From positions 47,845-111,844 of the forward strand of contig CAZIJU010000001.1 of the NCBI GenBank assembly GCA_964539745.1: a stretch of 64,000 bases of DNA, read 5' to 3'. This stretch comes from an uncultured Burkholderiaceae bacterium. GTDB taxonomy: Bacteria; Pseudomonadota; Gammaproteobacteria; Burkholderiales; Burkholderiaceae_F. Numbering within the stretch: the stretch's first letter is position 1; each line of letters starts with the position of its first letter. Of this stretch, positions 31,463 through 39,696 are shown piece after piece. Under the pieces are notes generated by a model. The model was not told the origin of the DNA, ran no database searches, and saw nothing but the letters and a program-made list of their open reading frames with translations. A program made the position numbers and the translations under genes.

Positions 31463-32650
31463 TCAGTCGGCCGGACGCAGCTTGGCGATTTCGGCGTCGG
31501 GCGGCATCACCGAAGCGCCGTCGACGTAGCGGAAGTTTTTCATCACGCCGCGACCCTGGTGCACCGCGGTCTGCCCGACGTACGCACCCATCGTGGACTG
31601 GTGATCGATCGCGCGAAACTGGATCGGTCCGAAGGGCGACGTGGTCTTGAGCCCCTTGAAGGCGGCGACCATCTTCTCGGTGTCCGTGCTGCCGGCTTTC
31701 CTGATCGCGTCGGCGATCGCACGCACCGTCGTGTAGCCGACCACCGATCCCAGCCGCGGGTACTCCTTGAACTTCGCCTGATAGGCGCGCAAAAAGGCGT
31801 CGTGATCCTTGCTTTGGATCGCGTACCAGGGGTAGCCGGTGACCCACCAGCCCTCGGGCGCCTCCTCGCCGAGCGGATCGAGATACTCGGGCTCGCCGGT
31901 GAGCAGCGAGAACACCACGCGGTCCTTGAACAGGCCGCGCGTGCTGCCCTCGCGGACGAACTTCGCCAGGTCCGCGCCGAAGGTGACGTTGAAGATCGCG
32001 TCGGGCTTGGCGTCGGCCAGCGCCTGCACGACCGCGCCCGCGTCGATTTTGCCCAGCGCCGGCGCCTGCTCGGCGACGAACTCCACGTCGGGTTGCGCGG
32101 CCTTCAGCAGTTGCTTGAACGAGGCCACCGCCGACTGGCCGTATTCGTAGTTCGGATAGACGACCGCCCAGCGCTTTTTCTTCAGCTTCGCCGCCTCCGG
32201 CACCAGCATCGCGACCTGCATGTAGGTCGAGGGACGCAAGCGGAACGTGTAGCGGTTGCCGTTGCCCCAGGTGATCTTGTCCGTCAACGGCTCGGCCGCG
32301 ACGAACAGCACCTTGCGCTGTTTGGCGAAATCCGCCACCGCCAGTCCGATGTGCGACAGAAACGTGCCGAAAATCAGGCTCACGTTCTCGCGCGAGACGA
32401 GTTCCTCGGCTACGCGCACCGCATCACCCGGGTTGCCGTTGTCGTCGCGCGAAACGACTTCGAGCTTGCGGCCGAGCACACCGCCGGCGGCGTTGATCTC
32501 GTCGACCGCCAGCTCCCAGCCCTTCTTGTAGGGCAGCAGGAACGCCGGCTGCGCCTTGTAGCTGTTCAGCTCGCCGAGCTTGATCGTCTGCGCCTGCGCC
32601 GTCACCGAGACGGTCAATGCGGCCATCGCCGCGAACCACCATCGCTTCAT
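31463..32650 (-). CDS. ABC transporter periplasmic substrate-binding protein (LivK / Peripla_BP_6 type)
   Basis: MKRWWFAAMAALTVSVTAQAQ signal peptide, then TIKLGELNSYKAQ...AVDEINAAGGVLGRKLEVVSRDDNGNPGDA... Confidence 0.88.
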   Translation of the reverse strand: MKRWWFAAMAALTVSVTAQAQTIKLGELNSYKAQPAFLLPYKKGWELAVDEINAAGGVLGRKLEVVSRDDNGNPGDAVRVAEELVSRENVSLIFGTFLSHIGLAVADFAKQRKVLFVAAEPLTDKITWGNGNRYTFRLRPSTYMQVAMLVPEAAKLKKKRWAVVYPNYEYGQSAVASFKQLLKAAQPDVEFVAEQAPALGKIDAGAVVQALADAKPDAIFNVTFGADLAKFVREGSTRGLFKDRVVFSLLTGEPEYLDPLGEEAPEGWWVTGYPWYAIQSKDHDAFLRAYQAKFKEYPRLGSVVGYTTVRAIADAIRKAGSTDTEKMVAAFKGLKTTSPFGPIQFRAIDHQSTMGAYVGQTAVHQGRGVMKNFRYVDGASVMPPDAEIAKLRPAD

Positions 32651-32734
32651 CGTGTCGCCTCCTCCATGGTGTACCGATCTGTCGTCATGCCACTGCGCGC
32701 ACGCGCCGCCGTATCCGTCTGCGACCAACGGCGC

Positions 32735-33319
32735 CTACCGCAACCCGTCTTCACCCTTGATTTCGTTCTTCTGCAGTCCGCCGACGCGCGCCAACGGCCG
32801 GCCGCAGGCCGTGACCGCGACGGCAACGACGATCTCGTTGGCGCGCGGGGCGTCTGCCACACGTGCCTCGATCGCGTCGAAATGGCTGCGCACATAGGCT
32901 GCATCCTTGTGGCCGAGCGGCACGTCGATCGCGGTGCCGGGTCCGCCCATCTTCTTGGCCGAAGGCACCAGCGCCGCGCCCTTCTCGACCGCGCGGCGCA
33001 GCGGCGCGCCGAGCTTCGGATGCAGGATCGCCGCCGCGTGCTCGATCTCGCCCGCCTCGCCGACGATCGCCGCCTTGCCGTAGCTTTCGGCCTCGCCGGG
33101 CCGGATGCCGAGCGCTTCGACGCACTTCGTGCCGAGCAGACCGCCTAGCTCCTCGCCGATGTCGATCAATTCGTCGAGCTTCTCCACGTACCGCCCCGCG
33201 TAAGGATTGGCGATCACGGCGATCGCCAGCGCGCGGCGCGCCGGCGGATCGATCGCGCGGCCCATTTCCTTGCGCACCTCGTCGACGATCACGATCAGTT
33301 TGCGGATGTCTGCGGCCAT
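32735..33319 (-). CDS. amino-acid-synthesis family protein (DUF1185), copy 1
   Basis: 194-aa ORF: IANPYAGRYVE...YGKAAIVGEAGEIEHAAAILHP...VPSAKKMGGPGTAIDVPLGHKDAAYVRSHFDAIE...GGLQKNEIKGEDGLR. It is a paralogue of the next gene and shares the same C-terminal KGEDGLR. Confidence 0.7.
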   Translation of the reverse strand: MAADIRKLIVIVDEVRKEMGRAIDPPARRALAIAVIANPYAGRYVEKLDELIDIGEELGGLLGTKCVEALGIRPGEAESYGKAAIVGEAGEIEHAAAILHPKLGAPLRRAVEKGAALVPSAKKMGGPGTAIDVPLGHKDAAYVRSHFDAIEARVADAPRANEIVVAVAVTACGRPLARVGGLQKNEIKGEDGLR

Positions 33320-33329
33320 CGCGTCCTCG

Positions 33330-33932
33330 TCATCGCAGTCCGTCTTCGCCCTTGATTTCGCTCGCGCGCAACCCGCCGACGCGCTCGTGAACGCGCGGCC
33401 CGTCGGTCATCGCCAGCACGAGCACGATCTCGTCGGCGTGCGGGTGGCCCGGCACGTACACCTCGATCGCATCGAAGTGGCTGCGCACGTAGCTGGCGTT
33501 GATGTGCGTGATCGGCACGTCGAGTTTCGTGCCCGGTGCACCGACCTTCTTGGCCGACGGCACGATCGCTTTGGCGTTGGCGCCTCTGACGCCATCCTTC
33601 CAGCCGAGCACCTCGCGCATGCCGTAGCCGCCCGGCACATGCCAGCACGCACCGTGCTCCAGCTCGCCGGCGCTGCCGACGATCGCGCCCTTGCCGTAGC
33701 CTTCGATCTCGTGCGGCTGCACGCGCAATGCGGCGAGCAGCGCGCGGGCCAGCTCGACGCCGAGCGGATTCAGCGCCTCCATGAACGGCAGCAGGTTCGG
33801 CTCGTATCGGCCGGCATACGGGTTGGTCAGTACAGCGGCGATCGCCGCGCGCCGCTGCGGCCGCGGCGGCCGCGGGCCGAATTCGTGGTGGATCGTCTCC
33901 AGCTGGGTCCAGAGGCGGCGTACGTCGATCAT
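33330..33932 (-). CDS. amino-acid-synthesis family protein (DUF1185), copy 2
   Basis: MIDVRRLWTQLETIHHEF...LTNPYAGRYEP...YGKGAIVGSAGELEHGACWH...VPSAKKVGAPGTKLDVPITHINASYVRSHFDAIE...GGLRASEIKGEDGLR. ATGA overlap with the upstream gene. Confidence 0.7.
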   Translation of the reverse strand: MIDVRRLWTQLETIHHEFGPRPPRPQRRAAIAAVLTNPYAGRYEPNLLPFMEALNPLGVELARALLAALRVQPHEIEGYGKGAIVGSAGELEHGACWHVPGGYGMREVLGWKDGVRGANAKAIVPSAKKVGAPGTKLDVPITHINASYVRSHFDAIEVYVPGHPHADEIVLVLAMTDGPRVHERVGGLRASEIKGEDGLR

Positions 33933-34783
33933 GCGAGCGCGGTCATCGTTTCCGTCTGAAGCATACGCGAGCAGCCCTGCAACGTGAGCAGCGCCCCGCT
34001 GATCAGCCCGCGCTCGAGGCAGACACGCGCAAACGCCTCGCCGCGATCCAGCGCCCGTTGCACCAGCGCAGGCGGAAGCGTCGGCACGCCGACGGTCACC
34101 AGACGCGAGCCGAGGTCGGTATCGTCGCGCACGGAATCGGCCGGCGCGCGCTGCACGAGCGGCGATTCGACGTCGACGTGGTTGGCGATCATCGTCGCAG
34201 CGGCATCGGCAGCCGCCGCGTCGGCCGCGAGCACCGTGACGCTGTCGGCGATGCCGAAGGACAGGCTGCGTCCGCGCCAGCCCGAGGTGGCCACGCCGCG
34301 CACGCGATCGTCGGCGGTCACGCGCAGCAGGCCGTCGATGCGCGGCGCGCCCAGGTCTGCGACGCGACCGATGTCGAACGACCGTCCGTCTTGCATGTGC
34401 AGTGCGATGTCCCCGCCGTCGTTGACATACGCGCGCACGACGCCGGGGCGATCGAAGCACGCGATCAGGTGATCGGCAACGGCGCCGGCCACCGCCGCCA
34501 TCGGCGTGACGAACAGGCCGAATTCGTCGGCGAACGGCCTGCAAGCGCGCAGCATCCGGCGCGCCACTGGGCCGTGCAATCGAAGCGTCGGCGTGCACGG
34601 CGAACGCAGATGCGAGAGTTCGGACACGAGCACCGGCAGAACGTCCTGAAACGCCTGCCAGCACGCTTCGACCGACGCGGCCACGGCCCCCGCGTCGCCG
34701 TCGGCGCCGATCACCAGATCGATCGGGCCGTGCTGGAAGTGCCAGCGGCCGTCGGGGAAGCGCGCGCGTACCGGGCCGTTCAT
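33929..34783 (-). CDS. UPF0280 / ApbE-like protein
   Basis: MNGPVRARFPDGRWHFQHGPIDLVIGADGD...FVTPMAAVAGAVADHL...GGDIAL...GVATSGWRGRSLSFGIADSVTVLA. ATGA overlaps at both ends. Confidence 0.65.
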   Translation of the reverse strand: MNGPVRARFPDGRWHFQHGPIDLVIGADGDAGAVAASVEACWQAFQDVLPVLVSELSHLRSPCTPTLRLHGPVARRMLRACRPFADEFGLFVTPMAAVAGAVADHLIACFDRPGVVRAYVNDGGDIALHMQDGRSFDIGRVADLGAPRIDGLLRVTADDRVRGVATSGWRGRSLSFGIADSVTVLAADAAAADAAATMIANHVDVESPLVQRAPADSVRDDTDLGSRLVTVGVPTLPPALVQRALDRGEAFARVCLERGLISGALLTLQGCSRMLQTETMTALA

Positions 34784-36309
34784 CGGCTTGCCTCCAGCGG
34801 CGCCAGTGGCCAGGGATTGTCGGCACGCCATTCGATCATACGGTGACGTGCCTCGGCCAGCACCTGCTCAATGGTACGGATGCGATCGACGTGACCACCC
34901 AGCGCCTCATACACGTCGCGCCGCATCGTGAATTCGATGGGTGCCACGATCGCCGGGGTGGGCACGGTACCGAAGGACTTCTCCGGCATCTTCGTCACGT
35001 CCACCATCACCGTGATGCCGCCGCCCGGCCATACGTACGCGGGCGCGCCGCCGCAGGTCACGCGCGTCAGCAGCTCCTTGATCGAGCGCGTCAGCCGAAC
35101 CGGGTTTTCGGTCACGCCGGCGCGCAGACTGCCGCCCGCGCCGGCCACAAAGAGCACGGTGGCGAGCGCCGGCTCGCAGTTCTCGCCGATGCGCTCGACC
35201 ACCTTGCGCACCGCCTCCGGCATCGGCGTCCGCTCGGGGCGCAGCTTCTCGTCGAGCACGAAGAACTCCGCGTGCTCGCCGGTGGTGGAAACCATCAGCA
35301 GCCGCAGCCCCGGCCGGGCCACGTCCGGGTCCCACCCTTCGATGATCGACAGCGGATCGGTGATGTCGGTGCCGCCCCAGCCGGTGCCCGGGTTGGCGAC
35401 TTGGAAATACCGGCCCGGCGTGGACTTGCGGCCGCGGATGCGGATGCCGCTGGACGGCATGTCGAGACACTTGCCGGCCTGATGCTCGGTCAGCACCCCG
35501 GTGATGTGATCGTCGACGACCACGACTTCGTCCACGTGCCCGTACCACTGCTTGGCGAAGATCCCGATGGTGGCCGAGCCGCAGCCCACCCGCATGCGCG
35601 TTTCTTCGACGCCGTTGACGATCGGCGCGCGTCCGGCCTCCACGGTCAGCCGCGCGCCGCCTTCGATTTCGAGTTCCACCGGCTCGCGGTTGCCGAGCTT
35701 TTGCATCAGCGCGCAGGTGACGCGGCCTTCGCGCTTGGAGCCGCCGGTGAGGTGATGCACGCCGCCGAGCGACAGGAACTGCGAGCCGTATTCGATGGTG
35801 GTGACGTGCCCGACCGCCTCGCCGTCGTAGCGCACTGTCGCCTGCTCCGGCCCCAGGTAGCGATCGGTGTCGATCTTCACCTTGAAGCTGCAGTACGAAA
35901 AGATCCCCTCCGTCACGACCGTCACCATGTCCACGCCTTGATGGCGGCTGGCGACGATGAACGGGGCGGGCTTGTAGTCCGGATACGTGGTGCCGCTACC
36001 CACCCCGGAGACGAACACCGGCGCGTCGTTGATCCATTCGCCGCGCCAGGCGGCGTAGCCGCTGGCGACGACCTCCACCCCGGGGCGCTTCATCAGCAGC
36101 ACCGGATCCATGCGCGTGAGCTTGCCGCCGACGTTGCCCCAACGGTCGCACGCGCCGAGCCGCCCTTCGCTGATCTGGCACAGCACCGGGCAGGCGTCGC
36201 ACAACACCTTGTTCGCCGCCATCTTTTCCGGCGGCTTGGCGGCGACGACCACCGGCTCAGCGGCCTCGAATCGTTCGCCCACCGTGCTGGCGCCGACGCG
36301 TTCGGTCAT
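34780..36309 (-). CDS. Cys-rich oxidoreductase resembling proteins annotated as 6-hydroxynicotinate reductase
   Basis: About 509 aa: ...KVLCDACPVLCQISEGRLGACDRWGN (CxxCxxxCx9C)...VSGVGSGTTYPDYKPAPFI...GCGSATIGIF...VFVAGAGGSLRAG. The family assignment is from memory of annotations and is unverified. GTG 36315 is an alternative start. Confidence 0.5.
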   Translation of the reverse strand: MTERVGASTVGERFEAAEPVVVAAKPPEKMAANKVLCDACPVLCQISEGRLGACDRWGNVGGKLTRMDPVLLMKRPGVEVVASGYAAWRGEWINDAPVFVSGVGSGTTYPDYKPAPFIVASRHQGVDMVTVVTEGIFSYCSFKVKIDTDRYLGPEQATVRYDGEAVGHVTTIEYGSQFLSLGGVHHLTGGSKREGRVTCALMQKLGNREPVELEIEGGARLTVEAGRAPIVNGVEETRMRVGCGSATIGIFAKQWYGHVDEVVVVDDHITGVLTEHQAGKCLDMPSSGIRIRGRKSTPGRYFQVANPGTGWGGTDITDPLSIIEGWDPDVARPGLRLLMVSTTGEHAEFFVLDEKLRPERTPMPEAVRKVVERIGENCEPALATVLFVAGAGGSLRAGVTENPVRLTRSIKELLTRVTCGGAPAYVWPGGGITVMVDVTKMPEKSFGTVPTPAIVAPIEFTMRRDVYEALGGHVDRIRTIEQVLAEARHRMIEWRADNPWPLAPLEASR

Positions 36310-36377
36310 GAGCACTCCGCGAAAGGGGCACCGTCATCGAAACCCGTGAAGCGGCTCGGGATGCACCTTCTCCCACT

Positions 36378-36875
36378 GTCATCCCGAGGAGCGCAATCCC
36401 TTTCCTTGTCATCCCGGGGAGCGCCTTTCATTTGCTTTTCATCCCGAGAAGCGCACTCCCTTTCCTGTTCATCCCGAGAAGCGCACTCCCTTTCCTTGTC
36501 ATCCCGAGGAGCGCAGCGACGAGGGATCGCAGCCGCTGTGAAACGCTTGAGATCCCTCACCCCGGCCACTGGCCGGGGTTCGGGATGACAGAGACAGGGC
36601 GCCACTGGCCAGGACCCGGGATGACCGATACAGGGCGCCACTGGCCAGGGCCCGGGATGACCGATACAGGGCGCCACTGGCCGGGGTTCTGGATGATGGG
36701 GACAGGACACCACCGGCCGGGGTTCGGGGTGACCGTGACAGGGCGCTGCCTGCCGTGGTCCGGGATGACCGAGACGGGGCACCGTGGGCCAAGCCTCGCG
36801 ATGACGGAGCGCGTAGCGACGAGGGGTCGCGAGTGTGGCTGCGCCTGAGCGCCCTCGCCTGCGGCTGGAGATGAC
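36378..36875. repeat. two opposed phased tandem arrays of the REP family (30 bp x5 forward, 36 bp x7 reverse)
   Basis: Forward units start at 36378, 36408, 36438, 36468 and 36498 (GTCATCCCGAGGAGCGCA + ATCCCTTTCCTT). Reverse units end in CCGGGATGAC at 36589, 36625, 36661, 36697, 36733, 36769 and 36805 (for example CGATACAGGGCGCCACTGGCCAGGGCCCGGGATGAC). They fill the whole spacer between two operon genes. Confidence 0.9.
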
Positions 36876-36897
36876 GAGTGCCAAGGCAAGATCCGCG

Positions 36898-39696
36898 TCA
36901 GAGGTTTTTGAGCCACGCGCGCAGCCGGTCCGGCGTGCACGGTGCGTGCGGCGGCCGCACGCCGCAGGCGTGATGGATCGCGTTGAAGATCGCGGGCGCG
37001 GTGGCGATCAGCGCCGGCTCGCCCACGCCCTTCGCCCCGTATGGCCCCAGCGGTTCGGGGTCTTCGATCAGATGCACTGTGATCGGCGGCACGTCGCCGG
37101 CGGTGGGAATCAGGTAGTCGTGCAGGTTGTCGGTGCGGCCGGCGTGATACTCCTCCATCAGCGCCATGCCGATGCCCTGCGCGATACCGCCGTGGATCTG
37201 GCCCTCGACCTGGCTCGGGTTGATCGCACGGCCGACGTCGTGCGCGGCGTGGATCGCAAGCAGCCGCACGGTGCCCAGTTCCACGTCGACCTCCACCTCC
37301 GCGAACTGCGCCGCGAAGCCGTAGGTCGCGTAGGGAACGCCCTGACCGTTTTCGTCGAGCGGCACCGTCGGCGGGTTGAAATGTCCAGTGGCGACGGCGA
37401 CGTCGCCATTGTCGTCGGCGGGCAGGTGCGCGAGGTCGATGCGCTTGTCACCGACGATCAACGCGCCGCCGTCGAGCGCGAGCCGATCGTCGGCGCGCGC
37501 GCCGGCCAGTTCCAGCAACTTGCGCCGCAGCGCTTCGCCGGCCAGCTTGGTCGCGTTGCCGGACACGAAGGTCTGCCGCGACGCGGAGCTCTTGCCGGCA
37601 TCGAGCGTCAGATCCGTATCCGCGTACACCTGGTCGATCAGCGCCACCGGCACGCCGAGCGCATCGGCGAGGATCTGCGGCAGGATCGTGTAGCTGCCCT
37701 GGCCGATGTCGACCGCGCCGTTGTACAGCATCACGCGGCCGTCGCGGCGCAGCCCGACCTTGATCGACGACGGATTCGCGATCACCGTGTTGCCGATGCC
37801 GTACCACATGCACGCAATGCCCGCGCCGCGTCGCTTCGCATGCGCGTAGCGCCGGTGCGGATCGGTCGAGGCGCGAGCGGCCAGCGCGAAGGGCGGCGCC
37901 GCTCGGTTGAACGCTTCACAACGCGCGCGCGCTTCGCGCCACGCCGGCCGCAGCGCGTCCAGGCACGCGCGCAGGCCGACGCTCGCTTCCAGCCGCTGCC
38001 CGGTGCCGGTGGTGTCGCCCGCCCGCAGTGCGTGCCGCCAGCGGAATTCGAGCGGATCTTCGTCGAGGCGCTCGGCCGCCTCGTCGATCAGCCGTTCGCA
38101 AAGCAGCGTGGACTGCGGCACGCCGAAGCCGCGGAACGCGCCCCCGATCGAGTTGTTCGTGAACACCGCGCGCGTGGTCGCGCGCACGTGAGCTACGCGA
38201 TACGGGCCCGCGGCGTGGATCGGCACGCGGTTGGCGACCGTCGGCCCCCACGACGCGTAGGCGCCGGTGTTGAAGTCGCCGTGGAAATCGTAGCCGAGCA
38301 AGCTGCCGTCTGCGCCGAGCGCGAGCGTGGCGCGCATCTCCGCCGGATGGCGCTTGGTGGTCGATGCCATCGACTCGGGCCGCGTGTACACGATGCGCGC
38401 GGCGCGCCCGAACTTGCGCGCCGCAGCCACCAGCAGCGGCTGGATCGAGACGTCGAGCTTGCCGCCGAAGCCGCCGCCCACCGCCGAGGGCACGATTCGC
38501 ACCTGCTCGGGCGCGAGTGCGAACATGTGCGCCATCTCGTCGCGGTCCATGTACGGCGTCTGCGTACAGGCGAATACCGTCACGCGCGCGCGGCCCGCTT
38601 CGTTCTTCCAGACTGCATAGCCCGCCTCGGGCTCGATGTAGGCGTGCTCGACGTAACTCGTCGTCAGCGTCCCCTCCACGCGAATCGCCGCCTGCGCGAC
38701 GGCCCGATCGACGTCGCCGCGCACGACGCGACCGCGGCACAGGACGTTGTCCGGCCAGCGCTCGTGCAACACCGGCGCGTCGGGCGCGAGCGCCTCGCCC
38801 GGCGTCAGCACCGCGGGCTGCGGATGCCAGACGATCGGCACGTCGCGCTCGTCCACGGCTTCGAGCGCTCCGCGCTCGCCGACCAGCACGAGCACCGCCT
38901 CGCCGCGAAAGCGCACGCGCCCTTCGGCGAGCGCCGGCTGGTCGCGCAGGTCTGGAAAGATGGCGAAACGGTTGGCCGGGATGTCCGCGGCCGTCACGTA
39001 GCCCGCAAGCCCCCAGCGCGCCACGAAGGCATCGAGGTCGCCGAACTCGAACGCCGCCGCCGCGTGCGGCGAGCGGATCACGCGCAGCCACAGCGCATCG
39101 GCCGGCGCATCGTCGGCGCCGAAGCGCGCACTACCGTCGACCTTCGCGCGCGCATCGAGCCGAGGCAGCCGGCTGCCGACCGCGGCGCCGCGTGCCGGCG
39201 CCTGCACCGCAGACTCGCCGTCGCGTGCAGCGGCAAGCACCGCCTCGACGATCTTGCGGTACCCGGTGCAGCGGCATAGCACGCCGCCGATGCCGTCGAG
39301 CACCTGCGCCTCGGTCGGCCGCGGATGCCGGCGCAGCGTGTCTGCCGCGGCCATCAGCATGCCCGGTGTGCAGATGCCGCACTGCGCGGCGCCGAGCGCG
39401 ACGAAGCTCGCGCGCAGCCGCGCGAGCAGCGGATCGTCCGCCTCCACGGTGGTGACGCTGCGGCCGGCCGTCTGCACCACGGGCACGAGGCACGCGCAGA
39501 CCTGCTCGCCGTCGAGCAACACGGTGCAGGCGCCGCAGTCGCCGGCCTCGCATCCGACCTTGGTGCCGGCGAGCCCCAGGTCTTCGCGCAGCACGTCCGA
39601 AAGGCGCCTCGCAGGCGCGACCGCGAGCCGAACCGTGCGGCCATTGACACGGCATTCGATCGTTTCGGCGAGCAGCGGTTCGGAGGGCCGGTTCAT
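36898..39696 (-). CDS. xanthine-dehydrogenase-family molybdenum hydroxylase, fused [2Fe-2S] + molybdopterin-binding subunit
   Basis: 932 aa. The N-terminus has GCEAGDCGACTVLLDG, CGICTPGM and CRCTGY iron-sulfur motifs. It is followed by an aldehyde oxidase/xanthine dehydrogenase a/b-hammerhead and a MoCo domain (GGGFGGK, ...GVGEPAL). Confidence 0.9.
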   Translation of the reverse strand: MNRPSEPLLAETIECRVNGRTVRLAVAPARRLSDVLREDLGLAGTKVGCEAGDCGACTVLLDGEQVCACLVPVVQTAGRSVTTVEADDPLLARLRASFVALGAAQCGICTPGMLMAAADTLRRHPRPTEAQVLDGIGGVLCRCTGYRKIVEAVLAAARDGESAVQAPARGAAVGSRLPRLDARAKVDGSARFGADDAPADALWLRVIRSPHAAAAFEFGDLDAFVARWGLAGYVTAADIPANRFAIFPDLRDQPALAEGRVRFRGEAVLVLVGERGALEAVDERDVPIVWHPQPAVLTPGEALAPDAPVLHERWPDNVLCRGRVVRGDVDRAVAQAAIRVEGTLTTSYVEHAYIEPEAGYAVWKNEAGRARVTVFACTQTPYMDRDEMAHMFALAPEQVRIVPSAVGGGFGGKLDVSIQPLLVAAARKFGRAARIVYTRPESMASTTKRHPAEMRATLALGADGSLLGYDFHGDFNTGAYASWGPTVANRVPIHAAGPYRVAHVRATTRAVFTNNSIGGAFRGFGVPQSTLLCERLIDEAAERLDEDPLEFRWRHALRAGDTTGTGQRLEASVGLRACLDALRPAWREARARCEAFNRAAPPFALAARASTDPHRRYAHAKRRGAGIACMWYGIGNTVIANPSSIKVGLRRDGRVMLYNGAVDIGQGSYTILPQILADALGVPVALIDQVYADTDLTLDAGKSSASRQTFVSGNATKLAGEALRRKLLELAGARADDRLALDGGALIVGDKRIDLAHLPADDNGDVAVATGHFNPPTVPLDENGQGVPYATYGFAAQFAEVEVDVELGTVRLLAIHAAHDVGRAINPSQVEGQIHGGIAQGIGMALMEEYHAGRTDNLHDYLIPTAGDVPPITVHLIEDPEPLGPYGAKGVGEPALIATAPAIFNAIHHACGVRPPHAPCTPDRLRAWLKNL

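Noticed and set aside
36306-36884. 192-codon ORF spanning the whole repeat spacer (HPGPWPVAPCIG and PRDDKERECAS repeats), with an ATGA overlap to the downstream gene. A similar 74-codon TRDDKTG-repeat ORF lies at 27543..27767.
   Set aside because: Several other frames on both strands are equally open across the arrays (track ORFs 36432..36848+, 36499..36792-, 36557..36940-). Hand-counted GC3 in a repeat unit is only about 67%, versus above 85% in real genes here. The start is a TTG without an SD. The sequence belongs to a non-coding repeat family found in both orientations elsewhere.
36835-39279. 814-aa plus-strand ORF opposite the molybdenum hydroxylase. Similar long antisense ORFs lie at 13517..15742, 17915..20011, 22969..24765, 59179..60897, 31559..33148 and 34843..36588.
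   Set aside because: All lie opposite genes with unambiguous family motifs and have Arg/Asp/His-rich artefactual composition. None has an SD or a plausible N-terminus.
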